Below are positions 22,671 to 35,960 of a DNA stretch of 64,000 nucleotides, in pieces. Every line of letters begins with the position of its first letter. Within the stretch, counting starts at the first letter, position 1. Source of the DNA: Cyanophora paradoxa CCMP329 (Eukaryota; Plantae; Glaucophyta); assembly GCA_004431415.1 (NCBI GenBank), contig QPMI01000219.1, positions 62,001-126,000 of the forward strand, given 5' to 3'. The notes under the pieces are model-generated. The model saw only the letters and a list, made by a program, of their open reading frames with translations. It did not search any database and was not told where the DNA came from. A program made the position numbers and the translations under genes.

Positions 22671-25321
22671 TAAGAGGGACCACAGCAGAGGCCCTCTAAG
22701 AGGTGCTGCCCTTCGAGGTGTGACCCCCACACAGAGTGTGGGGGCTTGAATGTATCCTGGGTTCACTCCTTCTCAGTACTTGTCAGTTTGAATTCCCGTG
22801 GGGCCCACAACAGCAAGGTCAGGTGCACACAAAAACTTTCCAGGGGGAACATGCACAAGGCGCTAGCCTTAGGCAGGTGCACCCTTCCCAGCAGAGGCCC
22901 TGCAATAGGCTCAGCTTTTCGAAGTGGGGCCCCAACACAGTGTTTGGGGGCTTGAATGTTTCCTGGGTTCACTCCTTAGCCCTGGTCAGTTTGAATTCCT
23001 GTTGGGCCCTAAACAGGAAGGTCAGGTGGGCCCACAACAGGAAAGTCAGGTGCACACAAAAACTTTCCAGGGGGAACACGCATAAGGCGCTATCCTTAGG
23101 CAGTCGCACCCTTCCCAGCAGAGGACCTGCAAGAGGCTCGGCTCTTCAAAGTGGGGCCCCCACACAGAGTGTGGGGGCTTGAATGTTTCCTGGGTTCACT
23201 CCTTCTTAGCCCTGGTCAGTTTGAATTCCTGTTGGGCCCTAAACAGGAAGGTCAGGTGGGCCCATAACAGGAAGGTCAGGTGCACACAAAACCTTTCCAG
23301 GGGGAACGTGCACAAGCGCTAGCCTTAGGCAGGTGCACCCTTCCCAGCAGAGGCCTTTTAAGAGGCTCTGCCCTTCCAAGTGGGACCCACCGAGTGTTTG
23401 GGGACTTGAATGTTTCCTGGGTACACTCCTTAGCCCTGGTCAGTTTGAATTCCCGTTGGGCCCTAAACAGGAAGGTCAGGTGCACACAAAAACTTTCCAG
23501 GGGGAACATGCACAAGGCGCTAGCCTTACGCAGGTGCACCCTTCCCAGCAGAGGACCTCCAAGAGGCTTGGCTCTTCAAAGTGGGGCCCCCACACAGAGT
23601 GTGGGGGCTTGAATGTTTCCTGGGTTCACTCCTTCTTAGCCCTGGTCAGTTTGAATTCCTGTTGGGCCCTAAACAGGAAGGTCGGGTGGGCCCGTAACAG
23701 GAAGGTCAGGTGCACACAAAACCTTTCCAGGGGGAACATGCACAAGCGCTAGCCTTACGCAGGTGCACCCTGCCCAGCAGAGGCCCTCTAAGAGGTGCTG
23801 CCCTTCGAGGTGTGACCCCCACACAGAGTGTGGGGGCTTGAATGTATCCTGGGTTCACTCCTTCTCAGTACTTGTCAGTTTGAATTCCCGTGGGGCCCAC
23901 AACAGCAAGGTCAGGTGCACACAAAAACTTTCCAGGGGGAACATGCACAAGGCGCTAGCCTTAGGCAGGTGCACCCTTCCCAGCAGAGGCCCTGCAAGAG
24001 GCTCAGCTTTTCGAAGTGGGGCCCCCACACAGTGTTTGGGGGCTTGAATGTTTCCTGGGTTCACTCCTTAGCCCTGGTCAGTTTGAATTCCTGTTGGGCC
24101 CTAAACAGGAAGGTCAGGTGGGCCCACAACAGGAAAGTCAGGTGCACACAAAAACTTTCCAGGGGGAACACGCATAAGGCGCTATTCTCAGGCAGTTGCA
24201 CCCTTCCCAGCAGAGGACCTGCAAGAGGCTTGGCTCTTCAAAGTGGGGCCCCCACACAGAGTGTGGGGGCTTGAGTGTTTCCTGGGTTCACTCCTTCTTA
24301 GCCCTGGTCAGTTTGAATTCCTCTTGGGCCCTAAACAGGAAGGTCGGGTGGGCCCATAACAGGAAGGTCAGGTGCACACAAAACCTTTCCAGGGGGAACA
24401 TGCACAAGGCGCTAGCCTTAGGCAGGTGCACCCTTCCCAGCAGAAGCCTTTTAAGAGGCTCTGCCCTTCCAAGTGGGACCCCCACCGAGTGTTTGGGGAC
24501 TTGAATGTTTCCAGGGTTCACTCCCTCTTAGCCCTGGTCACTTTGAATTCCCGTTGGGCCCACAAAAGCAAGGTCAGATGCACACAAAAACTTTCCAGGG
24601 GGAACATGCACAAGCGCTAGCCTTACGCAGGTGCACCCTTCCCAGCAGAGGCCTTTTAAGAGGCTCTGCCCTTCCAAGTGGGACCCACCGAGTGTTTGGG
24701 GACTGGAATGTTTCCTGGGTACACTCCTTAGCCCTGGTCAGTTTGAATTCCCGTTGGGCCCTAAACAGGAAGGTCAGGTGCACACAAAAACTTTCCAGGG
24801 GGAACATGCACAAGGCGCTAGCCTTACGCAGGTGCACCCTTCCCAGCAGAGGACCTCCAAGAGGCTTGGCTCTTCAAAGTGGGGCCCCCACACAGAGTGT
24901 GGGGGCTTGAATGTTTCCTGGGTTCACTCCTTCTTAGCCCTGGTCAGTTTGAATTCCTGTTGGGCCCTAAACAGGAAGGCCGGGTGGGCCCATAACAGGA
25001 AGGTCAGGTGCACACAAAACCTTTCCAGGGGGAACATGCACAAGGCGCTAGCCTTAGGCAGGTGCACCCTGCCCAGCAGAGGCCCTCTAAGAGGTGCTGC
25101 CCTTCGAGGTGTGACCCCCACACAGAGTGTGGGGGCTTGAATGTATCCTGGGTTCACTCCTTCTCAGTACTTGTCAGTTTGAATTCCCGTTGGGCCCACA
25201 ACAGCAAGGTCAGGTGCACACAAAAACTTTCCAGGGGGAACATGCACAAGGCGCTAGCCTTAGGCAGGTGCACCCTTCCCAGCAGAGGCCCTGCAAGAGG
25301 CTCAGCTTTTCGAAGTGGGGC
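22671..25321 (+). repeat. Satellite II, ~205-225-bp monomer with a ~1.09-kb higher-order repeat
   Basis: About 12 monomers containing cccccacacagagtgtggggg, gtcagtttgaattcc and tgcacaaggcgctagccttaggcag. ORFs at 22736 and 23828 recur at 1092 bp. A further diverged copy lies at ~57455-57725. Confidence 0.93.
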
Positions 25322-25683
25322 CGAGACCGCAGCGTGCCCACGTACTGTTAGCATTTGCTCCAAAGATGCTAAACCAATAATTGGAATGCTCTCCGCGCGC
25401 GGCAAAGCACAGCAACCCGATCGGCGCCGAAGATTTGATCCAGCCCAGCCCACTGCGAATTCCGTTAAACGTTGCAATTGCGTCAGCGCTGACCCCGGGC
25501 CCTGTGCCACGACGTGCCTGCGTACTGCTAGCGTATGCTCCAAAGATGTTGAATGAATATTCAGAATATTCGAATTCAGGCACGGGAACCCGGTCGGCAC
25601 CAAGATTTGATTTTAATCAACTGCAATTGCAAGCTATAGCTAAGTCTTTCCGAGTTCTGGCAGAGCACTGCGGCACTCTAGAT

Positions 25684-25858
25684 CTCCTTTCCTCTCCTCC
25701 CCTCTTCATCCTTTCTGCTCCTCTCCTCTCCTCTGCTCTCCTCTCCTCGCCCCTCCTTCCCTCTCCTCTCCTCTCCTAGATCTCCTCTCATCTCGTCTCC
25801 GGACCGTCTCAGAGTCTCATCTCGTCCTCTAGATCTCCTCATGATCACCTCTCCTCTC
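25684..25858 (+). repeat. (CTCCT)n-like pyrimidine-rich microsatellite
   Basis: Degenerate ctcct/ctcat/ctcgt pentamers. Confidence 0.85.
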
Positions 25859-28800
25859 GGCCGTCGGCGAGCAGTGCCTCACTGGTGGCTCGGTCGCATG
25901 CCCGTTGCCCTTAAACCCAGCCCGTGGAGCTGCTTGTGCAGCGATTGTGCCGCTTTCATCGGTGCCAGGCGCAGCAGCGCCTTGCCGACACATGAGGAGG
26001 GCCGCGTGGACAGCCATGCTCGCAGCGCAAAGAGGCGTGCGATTGAGAGGCGCGCAAAGAGCGATCACGAGGCTCTCATGATCAGCCCCAACATCCAATC
26101 TGGTACGGCAGTTCCTGCTTAACTTTGCACCGCTACGAACTTCAAATGACGTAGAATCAAGTAGAATCAGAAACGCAAACCCCGCCGCCGACTGCAGACA
26201 CAAAGCGACCGCCAGGTACCATTTACTGCAACCAACTCCGCATGAGCCCGTCAAGCACCTGACAATCGTTGCCAGCTGCGAATGTGGACCCTCCGCTCAT
26301 GCGGGCACGGTAACTTCACGAAAGTTCTGCGCAAAAACAAAACCAATAACAAACTACAGGAACCCGATGCCCATCTCCACTTAAGGCTGCCACGATTAAA
26401 TACCTCAGCGTAGATCTGCTGCATTCGTACATGTACACACTTGACAACAGTCCCCCGTTCTACCGCCTCTTCACCTGCGCCCCATGGCCCCGACTGCATG
26501 CCCCCTGCCCGTCCGCGCCTCTAGCTCGCATGCGCAGCGCCCGTCCGCGCCTCGCCCGAAGACCAGTCATAGCTATAGGCCCTGGCCTATCCCGCCCCGC
26601 TGCGCCTCGGCTGTCCTCCCGGCCGCGGCCCCCCGCCGTGCCGCATGGTGCCCATCCACGTGCAAGCCTCGCCCCAAGGCCCGTCGTAGGGCCCGGGCCC
26701 GGCACATGGGCCGCACGCATTGGCAGGGCTACCACACGTGAGTGTGGACTTGTTAATATTCTGCATGAAAAATCAAAATTATTAATTAAAGTTAACTCAA
26801 AATTATCTCAACTTCGAGAAATCAAATTAGTCGGGGCCGGCCGTGGCCGGCGGCGGCCTGGACCAGGCCAGGGCGCCGGCGCTGGCCCCGGTCCGAGGGC
26901 ACCCTGCATATGGGGATGCGCATGCGCAGGCTTCGAAAGCCCGGGCAGGGCCGCTGCTCTCCGAAGCTCCCACCACTACTTATATGCAGAAAGCAGTCAT
27001 ACAGAAAACGCATTGCCAGCAAAAAATGCATGTGCGCGAAGGCAGCGCAGCCCTATCAATAGCTAGCACTGAGAAAACGAGTTGCAGCTGCTGCCCCCAC
27101 CTCTAAGCCATACTCCTGAAAACAGCGAGCTCCTGACCCGCTGCCCTGCAAGCAGGACAATCGCTGGTCGCTGCGAGCACGCGAGTGTCAAAAACGAGCT
27201 GTGCGCCTCGGCAAGTGAAGGGAGCAGCGCTAGCAGACCGGCTCAGACGTGAAGTGATGCAACCCGCACAAGGTCATGCGGCACCTCGCGACGCTCGTTG
27301 CGCTGTGCGCGTCGCGGTCAGCGAACGACAAGGTTGGCATGCGCGCGCACGGCTGTGCACCTCGGCAAAGAGAAGTGGCAGAAGAACGGATCCGGAGTGA
27401 CAGCGGCACCATCCCCGCCCGTAGCCGAGGGCGAGGACGAGGCGCTCGCTGCGCTCGGAGCGTCAAGCGAAAGAGGAGAAGAACGCGCGCCTGTGAAAAG
27501 ACCGCACCCGTCCGAGCTCCCGCGGCAAGAAGTGCGAGATGCTGGCTGCGCGTGAACGGCACCCGCTGCGCTGCGCGCGTCCCCGGTGTCAGAACAAGAT
27601 CAAGGCGAGAGTAGCGGAAACAAGAACGAGCACCTAGCCTGCGGGAGAAGGAGCCAGGCGAGCTGCGAGTGTTGGAAGAGACAGGACCCGGAACCGGGCG
27701 AAGCGCGCCGTGTTAGCGAGGCTCGTGCGTTAGCATCGTCCGCGAGGTTTCTTGACCAGCGGGACCGCTTCCCGCCCGGCCGCCAAGAGTGCCAGCGAGC
27801 AAGTCGCGGCCGCCACTTGGCCGTGCTCGCGGGGCTCAGTCGTGCGTGTTCCCTGACATGCAAGCAGGATGAGCGATCGAAGGAAACAGACGGAAACCAG
27901 AAACACCTTGCTTCGCATCGGCAGGGGCCTCGCCTTTCTGCGCGGGCCTGTCAAAGCAACATTAGCTGACCGGCGGCGGCCGGGCAACGAGTAGAGATTA
28001 AGGGCGGAAGGAGGTCGAAAACGACGCGTTCGAGAGCGTTCGTGGCCGCGGCCGAACCCAGCAGCAGGGGCAGCGACAGTCTGCGTTTGAAATCACACCC
28101 AGCACGAGCCGGGCGAGAGCCTCAAGGCGCAAGAGGTGCATCGTTCTCTCTCAAAGTGGCCGCGTTCGCTGCGGCAACAGCACCACTGCTCGGCCTGTTC
28201 ACAGAGTCAGGGAGTCCGGCTGCGCGGCGAAGCCCAGAACCGACGCACCGAGCCGCCGTGCTGCCAGGAGTTGCAACTATCTGGCAAGGCCGTCTGCCGC
28301 CGCGAGGGCCAGCCGACGCAGTCACCGCGGCCGGTTGCCGGTCGGCAAGTTGGGACCCGGGGTACGACAACGAATTCCCTTGGAGACCGGCCTAGGCCTA
28401 GGCCTAGGTCTGGTCATGTGCGTTCCTCGCTTCGATCCGCCTTCCAATGCATCAAACCCTCTCAATAAGGAGCAGTTCATGACGTGGCACGCATTGCTGG
28501 TGCTCGTGCAGCTTAATGAGTCACAGGCCCCCCCCTTGGCGAAAAAAGGTGCTAGCGCCTAATGGCTTTAGATCTAAACTCGGATTGTTTCAAAATCAGA
28601 GAGAGGACCCTCGAAAGCTTTGACGACTTCATTTTGACGGTAATCAGCAATTCCAGGAATGACTTCTTTCAGTACTGAAGAGAAGATGAGCTGTTCATCA
28701 AGTCACCAGACTGTGCTCATGATGTGCTCATGAGACACATGAAGGTGCACCGACGTTCCGGGAATCGGCAGACCGGCCAAAAAATATATTCCTGTAATCT

Positions 28801-30202
28801 GGAAGTTAAGGGCTTTCTAAAGATGTATTTAGCGTGTCTTGAGTCGATGCTGGCAACCCGTGAGAGCATTGCATGTTTCAACCATGGCCCCTGCATGATC
28901 TCAGCGAAAACTCGTATTGGGCCTTCCGAAAGCTGCTTTAAATCACTCATATAATCAATACCTTACTTCACGAGTGATTGAGATCATATGGATGCGCTTC
29001 TGCAGAGACTAATTTGGTCATTTTCACTTTTTTGCCCCCCCTTGATTTCAGCCACAAGAGAGTACGTTCAGAGGGTCAAGAGTCACAGCTTAGTGCTGAA
29101 ACAATTACTATGTGCCTAAATACAACCAAACGAAGCATTCGCTTCACTGTTCGCACATGTAGCAGCCCGAAATGCATTTTTCAAGGAAACTCGACGATAA
29201 TGGCCGTCATTCCTTCCCCCCCCTTTTTTTACGGACGATACCCAGCGGTGCCAGCTGCAGCTGCTGCGCTTGCGCCCTTGGCCTCAAGTTCGCTCGGCTG
29301 GCTGCAGTGCAGAGTCTGCAGCTCCTCAGCTTCCAACTCCAGCTCCCTTCGTGCTCGGGCCAGATGCGCGTCGCACCTCGCAGACTTGGCGGCCGCTCGT
29401 GGCACGCAGCGCGCGGCTATTTTGCCAGCCAGAGGGTGTTGCCGCAGGACTGGCCTCCGCCTTGACTGCATCCGTGCGCCCCGCGCGCTGACTTGCTTGT
29501 TCCCAACCGCCCGTACTCGCTGTGCTCGCCAAGTTCCTCGCCTACCTGTCCGGTTACTCGCCGTACGTCTCACTCACGCCCGCAGATCGCCGTCTCTGAC
29601 CCGCGGCCTGTTAGGAGCGTTCACGCTGGCCGCCGCTGACTTCGAGCTCTCGCACGCTTCTGTGCGCGAAGCGTTCCTCTAAGATGGGCCCGGCCCGCAG
29701 TGCATGTGGGTCTGGACTCGCCGGGCGCTGCGTGCGCGCGGAACGACGCCGAACTCCCGATTGGCGGTCGTCTCGGGTGCGCCTCCCAAGCATAGCTTGG
29801 GGCCAGCGGCGCGCGAATGCATAGCTGACGATGCGCAGGACGTAACCCGGCGCGGCCTTCGGCGGCGCGGCTTGCCGTACGGGGCAGCAGCGGACGGCGG
29901 CGGCACGGCTCGCGGGACGGGGCGGCGGCGCGGCGGGCGGCGGCGCGGCTCGCGGGACGGAGCCGCGGCGCAGCGGGCAGCGGGGTGGCTCGCGGAACGG
30001 GGCGGCGGCCGGCAAGCCGCGTCGCCGCCCGCTGCGCCGCCGTCCCAGCGAGCCGCCCCGCCGCCCGCCGCCGACACCCGCCGCGAAAGGAGTCCCGCAC
30101 CCGGGCGGGGCGGGGCGGAGCTGCGTGGCTTGGCCGGGCCGGGGCACCGGCCGGGCGCCGGCACAGGGGGCGCCGGTGCGGCTCGCTGTACGGGGCGGAG
30201 GC

Positions 30203-30830
30203 CCGGGGGGCGGCGGCGGGGCTCGCTGGACGGGGCAGGGGCGCCGCGGTCGGCTCGCTGTACGGGGCGGAGGCGCGGCAGGCGGCGGCGCGGCTCGCCG
30301 GACGCGGACGAGGCGCAACTCGCCGTACAGGGCGCACTCAGGAGGCGCGGCGGGCGGCGGCGCGGCTCGCCGGACGGGGCGGAGTGCAGGCTCGGCATGT
30401 TGCGGCGTGGCTCGCGCCTTGCCGGGGCTAGCCGGCCCGCCGCCCGCTGCGTCGCCAACCTGTCCCGCGAGCCGCTCCGACGCCGTCTGCTGCTGCCCGG
30501 CCTTGCAGTACGCCTCGTTCCCGTTCCCTCGTTCAAGCCGTGCCGCCGCCCGGAGGGGTCTGCCCGCCGTGCCTCGGGCCGGCCGCCCCCGGCAAGGCGC
30601 GAGCCACGCCGCAAGGCGCGAGCCACGCCGCAACATGCCGAGCCTGCACTCCGCCCCGTCCGGCGAGCCGCGCCGCCGCCCACCGTGCCTCCTGAGTGCG
30701 CCCTGTACGGCGAGTTGCGCCTCGTCCGCGTCCGGCGAGCCGCGCCGCCGCCTGCCGCGCCTCCGCCCCGTACAGCGAGCCGACCGCGGCGCCCCTGCCC
30801 CGTCCAGCGAGCCCCGCCGCCGCCCCCCGG
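30203..30830. mobile_element. ~630-bp GC-rich fold-back (MITE-like) element with ~225-bp inverted arms
   Basis: 30203-30427 is the near-perfect reverse complement of 30589-30830 around a ~160-bp loop. It is absent at the equivalent site in the right arm (~38205). No TSD recognised. Confidence 0.65.
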
Positions 30831-33800
30831 TACCTAGCAGCAAGTGTCTCTCGCGCGGTAATACAAATGCGCGTGCAGACATGCAAAAGGGCTGCGCAGA
30901 TGCGCAGTCGGTGCAGTTTCTGCACAACCGTACAGAAATGGGCATGCTGATGTATTTGGCGCAGCTGGCCGCATGCAGTCGCGATCGTGTGCAGTCACAG
31001 CCACATGCGGACGAAATCGCATGCAGCTACTGCGCGCGGATGGAAACGCACGCAGCAGCTGCGCGCAGTTGCGTCCGCGTGGCTGCATCTGCACTCGGCA
31101 GCTGCGTGCAGCTGCATCCGCACGGCTGCACGCGCACAAGGCTGCATCTGGATCCGGATCCGGATCCCGGATCCGGGATCCCGGATCCCGGATCCCGGAT
31201 CCCGGATCCGAAAATAATATAAAAATATTAAAAATATTAAAATAAATTAATTAATTTTTAAATTGAGGGGGGGGGGGGGGGGGCGCACATGCGGAGATTT
31301 AGAGCAGGCCTGGGCATGGTCATGGGCTGGCCCGCTGGCCAGATCTCGAGTCTGGACGTACCCCTGTACCTCAGTCTGCCTGTACCCTCAATACACCACC
31401 TTGCCAGCTATCTAGACTGGCAATACATGCTTGCTTTTAATTTAACTGCTGGAGCAGATTGAGAGGAAGAGTGTTGAGGGGAGGGTAGGTGAGGGAGGCT
31501 TGCGAATCGCTTAAACAGAATCTCGAACGCATATGCATCAATGTGCGAGGCTGCGGAGGCGAGGGCGCGCGGAAAGATGTTCAGGCCCAAGCAGGATCAA
31601 ATTCTCGGGGTGGGTTGGGTGCTCGCAGCCCAGCGCATCTGTAAAAAGCATGCAGAATGCTTGTTCTACTAGTGGCCCGGCCGCGATTTTCGCGCCGGGG
31701 ATGCAAGGGGGGAACCAGGATCTAATGAAAGAGTCCTAGTGGCACGCACATGCGCGCGGCAAGCAGTGCGCGCGGCAGGTCGAAGGTTAAAGATAAACAC
31801 AGATTATGATTAAAAAAATACAGAAGGCCCATGTTGCCACCAAAACTGCGGCGAGCCCAGGCAGCGGCACAGCTAGGCAGCGGCGCAAGCGGTTTTGCGG
31901 TGCAAACTCAACCACGAGTGCCGGGCAGCGTGCTCGGCTGCGCATGCGGGCAGCGGAGCGTGCTCGGTACCTGGGCTATATCAAGGGCGCTGGATTTGAT
32001 TTTGATAGTGGTTAGCGCTGAAAAGGTGCTCTTGCCCTGCCAAGCAATAGTGGGCCCCAATTGCCAACACTTCATTTGTGCCAACTTGCAGGGCCGCACA
32101 GACTCGCAACTGTCTTAAACCGACTTCATAATCAAATCTAGCTCCCTCGAGAACCCCCGACAGCATGCTCAGGCGTGTATGAGATGTGGGCCCTAGGTTT
32201 CAATATGGCTCGCAGTGAGCATCTGAGCACCCATGCATGCAGTGTTCATGATGATTATGAGAATTGATCATGATGCCTGGAAAAGATCCCGACCTTTTTA
32301 CTGACTGGCGAGGTGTACCTGGGCTATATCAAGGGCGCTGGATTTGATTTTGATAGTGGTTAGCGCTGAAAAGGTGCTCTTGCCCTGCCAAGCAATAGTG
32401 GGCCCCAATTGCCAACACTTCATTTGTGCCAACTTGCAGGGCCGCACAGACTCGCAACTGTCTTAAACCGACTTCATAATCAAATCTAGCTCCCTCGAGA
32501 ACCCCCGACAGCATGCTCAGGCGTGTATGAGATGTGGGCCCTAGGTTTCAATATGGCTCGCAGTGAGCATCTGAGCACCCATGCATGCAATGTTCATGAT
32601 GATTATGAGAATTGATCATGATGCCTGGAAAAGATCCCGACCTTTTAACTGACTGGCGAGGTGTACCTGGGCTATATCAAGGGCGCTGGATTTGATTTTG
32701 ATAGTGGTTAGCGCTGAAAAGGTGCTCTTGCCCTGCCAAGCAATAGTGGGCCCCAATTGCCAACACTTCATTTGTGCCAACTTGCAGGGCCGCACAGACT
32801 CGCAACTGTCTTAAACCGACTTCATAATCAAATCTAGCTCCCTCGAGAACCCCCCGACAGCATGCTCAGGCGTGTATGAGATGTGGGCCCTAGGTTTCAA
32901 TATGGCTCGCAGTCAGCATCTGAGCACCCATGCATGCAGTGTTCATGATGATTATGAGAATTGATCATGATGCCTGGAAAAGATCCCGACCTTTTATAAC
33001 TGACTGGCGAGGTGTACCTGGGCTATATCAAGGGCGCTGGATTTGATTTTGATAGTGGTTAGTGCTGAAAAGGTGCTCTTGCCCTGCCAAGCAATAGTGG
33101 GCCCCAATTGCCAACACTTCATGTGTGCCAATTCGCAGGGCAGCACAGACTCGCAACTGTCTTAAACCGACTTCATAATCAGCGGCGTGGCTCGCGCCTT
33201 GCCGGGGCGAGCCGGCCCGCCGCCCGCTGCGTCGCCAACCTGTCCCGCGAGCCGCTCCGACGCCGTCTGCTGCTGCCCGGCCTTGCAGTACGCCTCGTTC
33301 CCGTTCCCTCGTTCAAGCCGTGCCGCCGCCCGGAGGGGGTCTGCCCGCCGCGCCTCGGGCCGGCCGCCCCGGCAAGGCGCGAGCCACGCCGCAAGGCGCG
33401 AGCCACGCCGCAACATGCCGAGCCTGCACTCCGCCCCGTCCGGCGAGCCGCGCCGCCGCCCACCGTGCCTCCTGAGTGCGCCCTGTACGGCGAGTTGCGC
33501 CTCGTCCGCGTCCGGCGAGCCGCGCCGCCGCCTGCCGCGCCTCCGCCCCGTACAGCGAGCCGACCGCGGCGCCCCTGCCCCGTCCAGCGAGCCCCGCCGC
33601 CGCCCCCCGGTACCTAGCAGCAAGTGTCTCTCGCGCGGTAATACAAATGCGCGTGCAGACATGCAAAAGGGCTGCGCAGATGCGCAGTCGGTGCAGTTTC
33701 TGCACAACCGTACAGAAATGGGCATGCTGATGTATTTGGCGCAGCTGGCCGCATGCAGTCGCGATCGTGTGCAGTCACAGCCACATGCGGACGAAATCGC

Positions 33801-35960
33801 ATGCAGCTACTGCGCGCGGATGGAAACGCACGCAGCAGCTGCGCGCAGTTGCGTCCGCGTGGCTGCATCTGCACTCGGCAGCTGCGTGCAGCTGCATCCG
33901 CACGGCTGCACGCGCACAAGGCTGCATCTGGATCCGGATCCGGATCCCGGATCCGGGATCCCGGATCCCGGATCCCGGATCCCGGATCCGAAAATAATAT
34001 AAAAATATTAAAAATATTAAAATAAATTAATTAATTTTTAAATTGAGGGGGGGGGGGGGGGGGGCGCACATGCGGAGATTTAGAGCAGGCCTGGGCATGG
34101 TCATGGGCTGGCCCGCTGGCCAGATCTCGAGTCTGGACGTACCCCTGTACCTCAGTCTGCCTGTACCCTCAATACACCACCTTGCCAGCTATCTAGACTG
34201 GCAATACATGCTTGCTTTTAATTTAACTGCTGGAGCAGATTGAGAGGAAGAGTGTTGAGGGGAGGGTAGGTGAGGGAGGCTTGCGAATCGCTTAAACAGA
34301 ATCTCGAACGCATATGCATCAATGTGCGAGGCTGCGGAGGCGAGGGCGCGCGGAAAGATGTTCAGGCCCAAGCAGGATCAAATTCTCGGGGTGGGTTGGG
34401 TGCTCGCAGCCCAGCGCATCTGTAAAAAGCATGCAGAATGCTTGTTCTACTAGTGGCCCGGCCGCGATTTTCGCGCCGGGGATGCAAGGGGGGAACCAGG
34501 ATCTAATGAAAGAGTCCTAGTGGCACGCACATGCGCGCGGCAAGCAGTGCGCGCGGCAGGTCGAAGGTTAAAGATAAACACAGATTATGATTAAAAAAAT
34601 ACAGAAGGCCCATGTTGCCACCAAAACTGCGGCGAGCCCAGGCAGCGGCACAGCTAGGCAGTGGCGCAAGCGGTTTTGCGGTGCAAACTCAACCACGAGT
34701 GCCGGGCAGCGTGCTCGGCTGCGCATGCGGGCAGCGGAGCGTGCTCGGTACCTGGGCTATATCAAGGGCGCTGGATTTGATTTTGATAGTGGTTAGCGCT
34801 GAAAAGGTGCTCTTGCCCTGCCAAGCAATAGTGGGCCCCAATTGCCAACACTTCATTTGTGCCAACTTGCAGGGCCGCACAGACTCGCAACTGTCTTAAA
34901 CCGACTTCATAATCAAATCTAGCTCCCTCGAGAACCCCCGACAGCATGCTCAGGCGTGTATGAGATGTGGGCCCTAGGTTTCAATATGGCTCGCAGTGAG
35001 CATCTGAGCACCCATGCATGCAGTGTTCATGATGATTATGAGAATTGATCATGATGCCTGGAAAAGATCCCGACCTTTTAACTGACTGGCGAGGTGTACC
35101 TGGGCTATATCAAGGGCGCTGGATTTGATTTTGATAGTGGTTAGCGCTGAAAAGGTGCTCTTGCCCTGCCAAGCAATAGTGGGCCCCAATTGCCAACACT
35201 TCATTTGTGCCAACTTGCAGGGCCGCACAGACTCGCAACTGTCTTAAACCGACTTCATAATCAAATCTAGCTCCCTCGAGAACCCCCGACAGCATGCTCA
35301 GGCGTGTATGAGATGTGGGCCCTAGGTTTCAATATGGCTCGCAGTGAGCATCTGAGCACCCATGCATGCAATGTTCATGATGATTATGAGAATTGATCAT
35401 GATGCCTGGAAAAGATCCCGACCTTTTAACTGACTGGCGAGGTGTACCTGGGCTATATCAAGGGCGCTGGATTTGATTTTGATAGTGGTTAGCGCTGAAA
35501 AGGTGCTCTTGCCCTGCCAAGCAATAGTGGGCCCCAATTGCCAACACTTCATTTGTGCCAACTTGCAGGCCGCACAGACTCGCAACTGTCTTAAACCGAC
35601 TTCATAATCAAATCTAGCTCCCTCGAGAACCCCCGACAGCATGCTCAGGCGTGTATGAGATGTGGGCCCTAGGTTTCAATATGGCTCGCAGTGAGCATCT
35701 GAGCACCCATGCATGCAGTGTTCATGATGATTATGAGAATTGATCATGATGCCTGGAAAAGATCCCGACCTTTTAACTGACTGGCGAGGTGTACCTGGGC
35801 TATATCAAGGGCGCTGGATTTGATTTTGATAGTGGTTAGCGCTGAAAAGGTGCTCTTGCCCTGCCAAGCAATAGTGGGCCCAATTGCCAACACTTCATTT
35901 GTGCCAACTTGCAGGGCCGCACAGACTCGCAACTGTCTTAAACCGACTTCGTAATCAAAT
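30402..35960 (+). repeat. Direct tandem duplication of a 2.78-kb segment
   Basis: At 33182 the sequence restarts from 30402 (gcggcgtggctcgcgcctt). Identical ORFs recur at a 2780-2781 offset. Confidence 0.92.
31149..31210. repeat. (GGATCCC)n heptamer array; copies at 33929-33990 and inverted at 37800-37892
   Basis: Tandem GGATCC-containing 6-7-mers next to an AT-only tract and a G/C homopolymer. Confidence 0.92.

Larger units (their letters stand above)
26964..31283 (+). repeat. Left arm of a large inverted repeat
   Basis: Reverse complement of ~37705-41475. For example, ORF 27586-27969(+) matches 40465-40848(-), and 28335-28562(+) matches 39872-40099(-). The inner end is (GGATCCC)n, an AT-rich tract and poly(G). 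Confidence 0.93.

Noticed and set aside
22736-25351. Recurrent 60-180-aa ORFs in satellites I, II and III
   Set aside because: These are translations of tandem repeats, and frames are not preserved between monomers.
29600-31250. Long overlapping Arg/Ala/Pro/Gly-rich ORFs (also at 4940-6527, 33100-34000 and 37600-38900)
   Set aside because: Open in several frames on both strands because of extreme GC content and repeats; no domain motifs.
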